DNA of 64,000 nucleotides from Epithemia pelagica. Its lineage: Eukaryota; Protista; Bacillariophyta. This document shows, piece after piece, positions 54,899 to 64,000 of this stretch. Each line of letters opens with the position of its first letter. Positions within the stretch are counted from its first letter, which is position 1. Where the stretch lies: the NCBI GenBank assembly GCA_946965045.2, contig OX337242.1, positions 2,232,001 through 2,296,000 of the forward strand. The letters are read 5' to 3'. The notes beneath the pieces are model-generated. The model searched no databases, was not told the DNA's origin, and saw only the letters and a program-made list of their open reading frames with translations. The position numbers and the translations under genes are program-made.

Positions 54899-56986
54899 TT
54901 ACACTGTTTGGCTAGAGGACATGGCGTTGTTGTCATCCATGACCACCTCATCTGTATGCGGCGAGTGACTCTGGGCCGTAGTCGACGTAGTCTCAAAGCG
55001 CCAACTCTCCATGGAGACAATGGATTCCGCAATAGAACTCACCATGTCGTCTTCAAAAGACTTTGCCGAAATGGAAGGAACTGGTACAATGTCTGCGTGT
55101 TGATCATCATGTCGTTGATGCGAGTCCTCAGAATGATTATGACGATGATGCTTGTGCCTCTGGAAGGAACGTCGCGTCGGTGCTTGCTTGGCTTGTGTCG
55201 GAGGTTTCATTGGCAAATAGCCTCCCCGCATGTCCTCCTCCTCCTCATCCATGCTGTCCTCCTTGTACCCATGTTCTTCGTCCGGCAGCACGCTCCATCG
55301 TTCATGCAAGTCCATCATCTTGGTTAGAAACTTGCGATGGTCGTCGTTGTTATTGCTGTTTTCCGTGGCCGCAGTGCTCGTCTCTGGCTCAGCCTCTGGA
55401 AGGCCGGGACCAGTAATCGCGGTGCTGTTGGACGTAGACGAGCCCTCATCAATCCCAACCTTCTCCTCATGGGTTTGGCTCCATTCAAGGGCCTGTGGCG
55501 TGGAACTCTCCGTGTTGGCAGCGTTTTCGCTAGCTCCATCCGTACTAGTAGTGGTTGTCACGGCCCTGTCATCACTGTTGAGGGTTGCGTCACCTGTACT
55601 ACTCTGGTAGGCCAGTAGCTCCTTTGGATCCACTGGACTCGTCAAACTTTCGATAGGTCCTTCGCTCTGTGTCGTTTCGCTGCAATCCGTTCGGTTGCTC
55701 TGGATACTGTCGCTTCTCCGATGAGCACTTTGAGCCAGTGAGGTCATGATACGGTGTGTCATGGCCGCCGACGAGGACGTTGGGTCGTAGGGTAGCACGG
55801 TCGTTGTTGTTGTTGTCATCGTTGTCGGCGGCGGCGTTGCTGTTGTCTGTTTGGGTTCCATCAGCCCTTCGCTGGCGACGGAACTGCTCATGGTACTGGT
55901 GCTGTGAATGCTGCTACTTCTCACATGATGCGTCCGAGGGAGTGCTGCCATGCCACGGACAATGGCGGCCGACGTGGACTCGTCGAGATACGAGATACTA
56001 TCCTGGTTTTGCTGTCCACGAGGGAGTGCGGCAATCCGACGACTGACTGCGGCCGAGGCGGGGTCGTAGCAACCATCTTCTAGTTTTCCATCCAAGCCGA
56101 AGCTCAGACCATCTGGTTCCAAATTCTTGCTGTGATGGGGGACCACCGATTCGATTGTTTCCAGAGGCGGATGTCGATCCTTGTTTCGTGTCGTCGTCTT
56201 GTTCTTTTTGTCACTCATACCCTGGAACCACGATCCAACTTTGCGGTTCTTATTGCGCCAGGAACGGTCCGTTCCACTGGCACCACTGCTGTTATCATCC
56301 AAAAAGACATGAATGCTTCGGTTGGTAGGGGAACACGAGTCTGGCCTGCCGAGGAGGTCCAACTTGGGAAGCACATAGGATGCCAACGAGTCATCTTGGG
56401 TATCATCGGGAGGGGGGCCACTCATGATTTCTTCCAAGAACAGTGCATCTTGTTCGGATTCTTGCGTCGAGGAACGGAATTGGGTTCCTTCCTCCGATGA
56501 CGTTGTCGAGAGGGCCTTTTCATGTTTCTCCGCACCGCGGCTCGGTTTCTTGGGACGACTATACGCCGTTCGACGGAGGACGGCTCTCACAATAATCACA
56601 ATCGCTGTCACAAGCATGGCATAGACAATGCCAAAAAGAAGAAAGGCAACCATGGTGGAATCATCCTTAGCCTTGTCGGTAGAATCTTGTGGTTGGTTGG
56701 ACTGCAACGACTGGTCAAAGGCATGTTCCCGCATGAGTTCCGTCGTGGTAGGATAGGAATGAGAGGTGCTGCTGCTGGTGCGGCGTACTTGACTAGCTGC
56801 AGGGTCTTGAGGAATCGTGGAGGAGGCAACAACATGGTCGACAGCAGTAAGTGCTACGCTTTCATCCAATCGATCGTTGTTCGGAAACCTGGCAGCCTGG
56901 CCCTCACTGGCCACCACTGGAGTGGTGCCAATCACACTGTAGGTGAGAAAGACGGCTACGATGCCGACAAGGTTTTTGGGCACCAT
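54899..56986 (-). CDS. Type I membrane protein with short ectodomain and long disordered cytoplasmic tail
   Basis: ATG 56986; signal MVPKNLVGIVAVFLTYSVIG; TM MVAFLLFGIVYAMLVTAIVIIV followed by RR; Ser/Thr/Asp-rich tail. Confidence 0.75.
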   Translation of the reverse strand: MVPKNLVGIVAVFLTYSVIGTTPVVASEGQAARFPNNDRLDESVALTAVDHVVASSTIPQDPAASQVRRTSSSTSHSYPTTTELMREHAFDQSLQSNQPQDSTDKAKDDSTMVAFLLFGIVYAMLVTAIVIIVRAVLRRTAYSRPKKPSRGAEKHEKALSTTSSEEGTQFRSSTQESEQDALFLEEIMSGPPPDDTQDDSLASYVLPKLDLLGRPDSCSPTNRSIHVFLDDNSSGASGTDRSWRNKNRKVGSWFQGMSDKKNKTTTRNKDRHPPLETIESVVPHHSKNLEPDGLSFGLDGKLEDGCYDPASAAVSRRIAALPRGQQNQDSISYLDESTSAAIVRGMAALPRTHHVRSSSIHSTSTMSSSVASEGLMEPKQTTATPPPTTMTTTTTTVLPYDPTSSSAAMTHRIMTSLAQSAHRRSDSIQSNRTDCSETTQSEGPIESLTSPVDPKELLAYQSSTGDATLNSDDRAVTTTTSTDGASENAANTESSTPQALEWSQTHEEKVGIDEGSSTSNSTAITGPGLPEAEPETSTAATENSNNNDDHRKFLTKMMDLHERWSVLPDEEHGYKEDSMDEEEEDMRGGYLPMKPPTQAKQAPTRRSFQRHKHHRHNHSEDSHQRHDDQHADIVPVPSISAKSFEDDMVSSIAESIVSMESWRFETTSTTAQSHSPHTDEVVMDDNNAMSSSQTV

Positions 56987-57380
56987 TGGGATGGTTGGTC
57001 TTTTGCAGGTCAAGTCAAATGAACCAATAATCTCTCTCTCGCTTTCTCTCTCTCTCTCTGATCCAACACAACCAAGTTGTCTTGACATGGAGTCGTCTTT
57101 CTCTTTCGGTTTGACTTGTCCGTTCATGACGGTTCAGTCTTGAAAATGGCCAAAAATCGTTTGCTCCGAGGAGCCTCAACGGGAGCGAGAGAGATAGCCA
57201 GTATGTTCAGTCGCACAGAGAACTCTGCGCGACCCATAATCGCCCCCGCGAAGTCTCGCGGGTCTTCTGAACATACCTAGATTGAACATTAGAGTTGTAG
57301 ACGCTATTGTAAAGAACGGATCCTACGAATGTTCATTACTTTCTCTACTGTTACAAGAGTGCATGTGATTCGTTCTGTCG

Positions 57381-58664
57381 TTACGTCAAGTCCAGCTGAT
57401 ACAGTTCGTCCATCGAAAGTATCCGGTCACGCGTACTGCAAATGATTGGATCCAGTCGATTTTCATCATTGGACGAACCCGATAGCCTTCGGGAAGCCGT
57501 TTCGTTCTCTGCTCCCGTTACCATGGGACCCAGAATGGATTGATCGGCATCCTTCAACGATTCGCTATCCCCTTCGGTCAAGATGTAACTAATCACGGAT
57601 TGTTCCCCGTCGCCCGTCGCAAAGGCTGCCGATTCGGATGGATCTCCCAACGAGGAAACAATATCGGGAGACAGCGGCGAAGGAAGGGTTTCCCCCTTCA
57701 TAATGGCGTCGGGTGTCTCATGATCCGGAAGAATGCTGGGATTGCTGGTGCCACTTTCTTCATCATCCAAGGTCGACTTTTGACGACTGGCAACCTTGCG
57801 GTGAAAGGCGTACAGGTAAAAGATTGTGAAAAAGACCAAAAGGGTCACTGCCACAAGCATGAGAGATCCCACCAAAGCCGCATTAACACCACCACTGTCA
57901 TTCGTACTGCCTTGCGTGCTGCCTCTCGAGGAGGATTGGACCGTGTTCTTGGAAGGCTGCACCGTGTTGCCATTCACCTGGACAGCCAACGAGTCCACTT
58001 GGATACCAGAATCGTCCAATTCTTGGGCAAAATCCGTAATGCCCCAGAATCCAAGCTTTTGCTGAATCGACGTTTCCGAGGGTATATCTTCCTGCTGGCC
58101 CCTCCAATTGACGGCCACATCTGCTTCGCCTTGTCCGGTCAAAGACTCGTACGTTAGATCCGTATCCACCGAAACTTGTCCCTTGGAATCGGCAAAGAAA
58201 TTTTCCATAAAGCCGTCCATCAAATCGTGAAATTCCAGCTCATTCAGTTCGAATCCAGGTTGCAACTCGAAAAGAAACTGCATCATTGGTAGTGCTTTTT
58301 CCACAGAAGGAGTTTCTGTGGGAGTGTTGGACGGAGTTGGGGAGGGAACTTGCGAAGGAGATGGAGTCGTCGGTGAGGGTGTTGTTGTGGGAAATTGAGA
58401 TGGCAGGACACTGGAAGTGGAGGATGGTTGTGACGATGGCTCAACGGATGGTAACACCGAGGGCTGAGAGGAGGGTGACATGGAAGGGGCCAGTGTGGGA
58501 CGGAACGTTGGTGCCAACGTGGGAGAGACTGTGGGTACTTCGGTTTCCTTTTCTTTTTTGGCCGACACTGCCGGGAGGAGCAGCAACATCAAGGCCACAG
58601 GAACCAAGGCAACATGCGATGTACTAGCTGGATGCCACCATCTTCTTCTCGGATATGACGTCAT
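57381..58664 (-). CDS. Type I membrane protein with mucin-like xPT/xPS stalk and unnamed juxtamembrane domain
   Basis: Signal VALVPVALMLLLLPAVSA; stalk VPTVSPTLAPTFRPTLAPSMSPSSQPS; TM ALVGSLMLVAVTLLVFFTIFYLYAF. Confidence 0.8.
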   Translation of the reverse strand: MTSYPRRRWWHPASTSHVALVPVALMLLLLPAVSAKKEKETEVPTVSPTLAPTFRPTLAPSMSPSSQPSVLPSVEPSSQPSSTSSVLPSQFPTTTPSPTTPSPSQVPSPTPSNTPTETPSVEKALPMMQFLFELQPGFELNELEFHDLMDGFMENFFADSKGQVSVDTDLTYESLTGQGEADVAVNWRGQQEDIPSETSIQQKLGFWGITDFAQELDDSGIQVDSLAVQVNGNTVQPSKNTVQSSSRGSTQGSTNDSGGVNAALVGSLMLVAVTLLVFFTIFYLYAFHRKVASRQKSTLDDEESGTSNPSILPDHETPDAIMKGETLPSPLSPDIVSSLGDPSESAAFATGDGEQSVISYILTEGDSESLKDADQSILGPMVTGAENETASRRLSGSSNDENRLDPIICSTRDRILSMDELYQLDLT

Positions 58665-59319
58665 GGTCAATCAATCAACTGTTGCGTCCGCCGGTGCACG
58701 TGGTTCTCAATCTCCAAAACGATCCCTTGGATATAAATCGATGCGTTCCAATGGCAATCAAAGAAATTCCAAATACCACTACGCTCTCTTTTGCCAGAAA
58801 GAAAGAATGAACCGACCGACCATTCTCAAAGATGCGTTGAGGGTCTCTCGGCAGAGATACGCAAAAGATGTGATGGCGTTCGTCACCGAATTTTTGTGAG
58901 AACCCAATGTTGAGTTCGGGACGGTCGGCGTTCGAGGACGGACATGCTCGAGAGTGCAGAAACTCTTCTTGCGGAAAAAGGTATGCCACTGCATCCTGCC
59001 ATGCGCGGAACGAAAAATTCAAAAAATAGTTAGGAAGTCGTTTGAATGAAACGACAAACACACCCTTTTCCATCTCTTTTTTCATTCCATGAGTTCGGTC
59101 TCTATCACACAATCCAAAATCCAAAAAGTGATCGCCCCTCTTCGTTAGGGGTTCATCGGCAGGCGTTTCAGTGGCGGGAACCTTCTTCACGATGGCGACT
59201 ACCTAGGTAGGCAATCAACCATACGATGTAGCTTTGTAGTAGTAAGAAGAGACAATAGCACCGCCTCTAGTAGAGTCCTTTTGGAATCCCCGTACTACTA
59301 CAATGTTCTAAAAATAGAA

Positions 59320-60585
59320 TTACAAAAAATACATGGCACTCAGGTCCGTTTCGTTCTTGGGTCCGACAAAGAGACCGCTATAACCGGACGAGGAGGAGGC
59401 CTGGGACGACCCCGAGTCATCGTCGGTAAAGGAAGCCGCGAGAGGAATGGCTCGTTTACGCCCTCCTCGGGGCGATGATGTCGTTGTGGTGGTGGGGTCT
59501 CCCAAACTCGGTCGCCGTCGAATGACACGACACTCACTTTTGGTAGGTCGACGACGAATTTTGGAAACGTCCGCATCGGCGAATGTCTCGTGTGTCGACA
59601 GTACGACCAAGTGACTTCGAATCACGTTTCCACAGAGGATGCACCATGGTAGACAGCAAATGAGGGCGATCATGGGCATGAGAATGACAAAGACCAAGGA
59701 GGGATCGTCATCGTCATCGTCTTGTCCCTCTTGTAGTGTGTTTGGATTGTTGGCTGAGTTTGTGTTTGGCTCCATGTCTGACTGGACGGGAATGTTGTTG
59801 ATTTGCACTTCGAATTGATCCATGGCAAAGCCGGCCGCCGCCAGCTCCTGGAGCAAGGCGTCGGTCCCCCATCCGCGAAAGGCCCCTAGAAACGTGGATT
59901 CGGAGGGTACATTGGACCCATGTCCCATCCAAATTCCCGTGACAATGATCGTCCCTTTACCGGACGGTGGATCGTAGTAAATTGTGGATTCCAAATCCAA
60001 ATTCACTGCCACATGGACATCGGCCAACATGTAATCGAGAAAATTGAAAATCATGTTTTCAAAGGGTTTCTTGGCCAAGGGTGTGCCCCGAGCCATTTCT
60101 TGGATCGTGAAGAGGATCGACACTTTGGGAATATTGACCATGACCACTGGATTGGGAGCGAACGATTCATCCGTTTCGTTTGTTGGTTCCGGGCTTACGA
60201 TCCGATCCATCCAAGGCGCGCTAGATGGAACGGCAGTGGGAGTGACGGTCGGCTCCGAGGTTGGTGCAGTTCTCTCGGTCGGTGTTACCGTCGGAGAGAC
60301 AGAGGGGGAGTAAGATGGTAGTGTGGATGTGGATGGCCATGGTGTGTCTAGTTGTTCCATATCCTTGCCGTTTTCCTTCTCCCTTCGTATTATCATGGGG
60401 GTGATATGGGTAATGCCTCGAAGGGTGTTCCGTCGTCGGTTCCTTGCAGGTAGCATGGTGGTGGGATTCGGATCGGCGCTCGATGATGTAGCCAGTAGGG
60501 ACATGGAGGATACCAGAGCGACGACCATCATGTGTCGTCGGCATCGTTTCATGGGAGCCATGACGGGCGATGGCGGCGGCGACAT
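59320..60585 (-). CDS. Type I membrane protein with xPT/xPS stalk and unnamed juxtamembrane domain
   Basis: ATG 60585; signal MMVVALVSSMSLLATSSSA; stalk LPSYSPSVSPTVTPTERTAPT; TM LVFVILMPMIALICCLPWCILC. Confidence 0.78.
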   Translation of the reverse strand: MSPPPSPVMAPMKRCRRHMMVVALVSSMSLLATSSSADPNPTTMLPARNRRRNTLRGITHITPMIIRREKENGKDMEQLDTPWPSTSTLPSYSPSVSPTVTPTERTAPTSEPTVTPTAVPSSAPWMDRIVSPEPTNETDESFAPNPVVMVNIPKVSILFTIQEMARGTPLAKKPFENMIFNFLDYMLADVHVAVNLDLESTIYYDPPSGKGTIIVTGIWMGHGSNVPSESTFLGAFRGWGTDALLQELAAAGFAMDQFEVQINNIPVQSDMEPNTNSANNPNTLQEGQDDDDDDPSLVFVILMPMIALICCLPWCILCGNVIRSHLVVLSTHETFADADVSKIRRRPTKSECRVIRRRPSLGDPTTTTTSSPRGGRKRAIPLAASFTDDDSGSSQASSSSGYSGLFVGPKNETDLSAMYFL

Positions 60586-60967
60586 GGTGAATGGATCGAG
60601 TCTTTTGACAGATTGTGATGGGACGTACTCTATGGCGTTGATCTTGTGTGGCCAGAGGTGGCAGTCTTTTTCTCGAAAAGAAGAAGAAGAAGATTCTTTG
60701 AAAAACGATTGATTCACATGGAGATGGATGAAAAGAGAGAAGCCCTTCTCACATTGACATGGTTGCGGGGAGTCGAAACCACCGCAAAAAGTGGTCGCAC
60801 GGTCGTTTTTGCGCGCCAATCAAATTTTTGCCGTCACATTCAACGGCTGTGGTAACTGTACGCCTTCTCTTAACCGATAAGTAACGTCCCTACTCAAGAA
60901 ACTGGTTGCACGTTTGGGACACCCATACAACAGACACGACATGTTGTATTCTCCACATTTGACCATC

Positions 60968-62051
60968 ATGGCAATGACACCTCAAGAACAACAAGCACGA
61001 CAGTCGAGACTTCGTATCGGACGAAGACCACTGTTCGATGAAACGGACTGGCCTCCTCTCAAGGGTGGATGGCGTGTCGGTCATGCTTCGGTCGTAGTAC
61101 TCTCCATCCTCCTCCCGATCCGACCAACCACCACATGAGGGCATACACGGTCGTTGTGTTGGGAGGACATCAACCCGATGAAACTTGTTCCGAATGTCGT
61201 CAAGACACGGTCCAGTCCGTTCTGGTATTGAATGTGGCAGAACCATCAGACAAGAAGTGGCGCGAAGGACCACGCTTGAACAAGGGTCGTCAGTTGTCAC
61301 GGTGTGCAACGGAGGCAATTACGTCGTGGGAGGATACCACCAGGAAAGTTTGTCCAGTTTGGATTGAATGGAACCCATGGATGCAAATGATATTCTGATG
61401 CAATCAGCACCAAGCACCTGCTCTGACCAGAAATGGACGACATGAAAGTGTCGATTGTCAACAGGACGCCATGGATGTTGTGCAGTGGCAGTTCACAATC
61501 GATACATTGTGGGAGTTGGTGGACGATCCAAATGTGACGCATTGTCTTCGTTGGAGATTTTGGATACCAACAACGACACTAACACGGCAGGACCATCCAT
61601 GCCCGTTCCTAGATCTTACGCGGCATGTGCGGTCGTTGGCCATGACCGTATCTTTGTCGTGGGAGGCGTCTCGAACGGCTTGGTTCAGTATTGGGACTTT
61701 GTCAAGCCTTGTTGTGACAAGAATGACGAGACCCAGGAGGAGGAGGAGACGGTTCCTCCAGTCCTTTCCTCCTCATTCGCTTGGAAGACGCAGTCGCATT
61801 TGGTGCCCCCTCCTGTACGAAATCAAGTTGCAATGGTAGCGGTGGGATCTTGTCTGGTTGTGGTTGGAGCGGGCCAACCAACGGTGGAACGCTTGGATAC
61901 CAATCGCACTCGTGTGTGGAATCTCCCATTCGAACGATGCAGCATGGTCAAGGGGGGCCATCCAATTGCCGTGATTGGCGGATCTACCAATCCTTTATGT
62001 GCGACAATACCATTTCTGGACAAGGAGAAAACACAATCATCGACTCTGTGA
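60968..62051 (+). pseudogene. Kelch-repeat pseudogene
   Basis: Kelch motifs are split across frames (WPPLKGGWRVGHASVV | VVVLGG..WREGPRLN | VVTVCNGGNYVVGG*.. | STGRHGCCAVAVHNRYIVGVGG). At least two frameshifts and two stops. Confidence 0.8.
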
Positions 62052-62345
62052 GCAGGGGATGGGTCTGGCCGAGTTTCCAATGGCTCCAATCTCGACATGA
62101 GCTTCTGAATTTGCGACAACCAAACAATACGCGTCTTGAAAAGGGCAAAGAATATGCAACAATGTGGAAAATATATCATGGTGATGTTGATTGTGTCGAA
62201 CCTAGAGGAGCTAGGAGTGCCTACCCCCATAGATAATGTCATTCATTCGCCTTCCAGTCGCTTCTAAGTTACGTGCTCTTCGTAAAACCGAACAAAAAGA
62301 ACATACAGAACGGAGACAGCAACTTGTACACAAAAATTTATAGTA

Positions 62346-63429
62346 CCGTAAATAGCGGAACTTAAGAACCACCAAATGTCCTCTTTTCGGGCAAAATGGT
62401 TCTTATCTTCCGCAAAATAACAAAAGGGTGACCCCTGAAAATTTTCTTATATCTCCCCTTTATTGTTCTTAAAATTCGGGGGGTGACTGTTCACATCTCT
62501 TTGGAATAGGGGGTAGGGGATGCATGTGCACTTAAAACACTAGGTAGTGGGAAGTGGGGGTGAAGGGACATGTCCGACAAAGTGACCAAAGTGGTTCTTA
62601 TAGGCTATCTCCACCCGGGGCCGCTAAAGGTCCAAAAACCGCTATCGAACTCCACCATCTCCTCTAACCGCTAAACAGCTCCGCTATCCGCTATTTCTGC
62701 CGCTATTTGGGGCCCCGAATAGCGGGGAAAATAGCGGATAGCGGAGCAAAATATAACCGTCGGCATTAATAAATTAACGTCTGCTGCCAACAGTGAAACT
62801 TTGAATCTCTCGTGTCGAAAACATGGCAATGGCACGTATTGATTTGTGACGATCGCTTACCATCTCTTTTTCCATTGTTGTGTTCCCTACTTCCTACAAT
62901 GGGACAATAACCATGCACAGCAAGATGATTCGAGGATCACGGATAGGAAGGAATGCAACAATCAAACAAATGCATCATTCAAACTATTGATGTGTTCGAT
63001 TATCAGACAAGCAATCGGAAATCGGACAGGGACTACAATAGGACGATTGGACTGCAACCTACAACCTACATCTACATTGGCCATGAACAACAACATGATT
63101 CACCATGACAGTCAACAATGAAGAGGGAAAACAACGAGTCCTCCATCTTTGGTTTATGCTTTGTTGTGCTCTCGTTGATTGTCTTGTTTGAATTCCGCAA
63201 GCCGCACCCCTTTTTAACCGAAACAAGAGAGGGCATATGCGCAATGCGTACGCGCAGCGCGAGATAGCGGCGTTCTTTTAACGGAGATCGTGGAGTTTAT
63301 TTCCCTTTGGCTCCGCTAATCCGCTATCCGGATAGCGAGGCCAATCAGAAAGCCCCAATACGTCAGCATAACGGCGCTCGGGTGGAGATAGCCTTATAAG
63401 CGGTGGTTCTTAAGCTCCGCTATTTACGG
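62346..63429. mobile_element. Non-autonomous Tc1/mariner-superfamily (Tc2/pogo-like) element, 1084 bp
   Basis: 28-bp TIR CCGTAAATAGCGGA(A/G)CTTAAGAACCACC (1 mismatch); TA at 62344-45 and 63430-31; 14 copies of TAGCGG/CCGCTA; no transposase ORF recognised. Confidence 0.88.
62678..62747. repeat. 70-bp imperfect palindrome inside the MITE
   Basis: GCTCCGCTATCCGCTATTT..GGGGCCCC..AAATAGCGGATAGCGGAGC; the outer 19 bp are perfectly complementary. Confidence 0.92.
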
Positions 63430-63814
63430 TAGTTCCAAAGAACGGACCATTAGTACACTACATAATGTCATATTAATTGTACAGGTCTAATACATTCAGA
63501 TTCATAATGGTACACATCAATCTATTGATCATTGTTACTATTGACCAGTAAGTAGTTCCACGAGTTAGATTGTACCCTACAATTTGGATTATACTCATTC
63601 GTGACACATCCCAAATTTTAGATGCTGCATACTGCATACGGGAATCGGTGCGTCGACGTCGACCAAATCCGGATGGGGGAAGATTGTGGCGGAGGTTCCG
63701 AATTCATCTATTCTTTTCGAGCCCACATCTTGCTTTCATTGTCCCAAACAAAGACAGGCCAAACCAAACCATCCGCCATTACGACCCCCATCCACGAAAA
63801 CAACAAACAGCACA

Positions 63815-64000
63815 ATGATTGGTTCCTCTTCTTCTTACAACCAACTAACCACTTCCTCCTCCTTTGACCCAATTTGCTGCGACAGCACCAAGAACAACAG
63901 CACCAAACTCAATCCGGTGGGCGAAAGTCCTTCCTGTTGCATCCAAAGAGTCGTCCTGGGGGAGCAGCAGCAGCCATTTGTCATGTGGCAGCCTCATCAT
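63815..64000 (+). CDS. 5' end of a gene running off the window
   Basis: ATG 63815 opens 62 stop-free codons (MIGSSSSYNQLTTSSSFDPICC..). Confidence 0.4.
   Translation, partial: MIGSSSSYNQLTTSSSFDPICCDSTKNNSTKLNPVGESPSCCIQRVVLGEQQQPFVMWQPHH

Noticed and set aside
57031-57059. (CT)n microsatellite, and trinucleotide runs such as 3893-3945
   Set aside because: Common low-complexity sequence in 5' leaders and poly-Lys/Gly/Gln tracts; no special signal.
62846-63121. 91-aa ORF inside the MITE as a transposase
   Set aside because: No HTH or DDE/D motif and a non-ATG start.

Overview
Gene-dense eukaryotic nuclear DNA with short GT-AG introns (81-130 nt where resolved); no rRNA, tRNA or CRISPR array was seen. 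The gene style (signal peptides ending in an SSF/ASAF-like motif, Hv1 with a long S1-S2 loop, Kelch-repeat copies) suggests a pennate diatom. This is inference and the species cannot be named. About 22 intact-looking genes are present, including: an RsuA-family pseudouridine synthase; a rhamnosyltransferase-like protein; a DJ-1/PfpI + YcaC-type hydrolase + ABM-membrane-protein trio; an Hv1 proton channel; a catalase-fold protein; Kelch; CRAL-TRIO; an NPPY amino-methyltransferase; a single-chain PUB-UBC-UVR-UBX-RING ubiquitin enzyme; an MDR-like protein; two tandem P1B-2 metal ATPases with 6-7 N-terminal HMA-like repeats each; and four type I membrane proteins, three of which share a juxtamembrane domain I cannot name. 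Decaying material includes two convergent nuclease-fold (Crinkler-like) pseudogenes, an internally deleted methyltransferase copy, a Kelch pseudogene, a Stowaway/mariner deletion derivative, a Tc2/pogo-like MITE, a pair of ~110-bp TIR elements and several tandem or segmental duplications. All domain calls come from reading motifs by eye; no database search was run.
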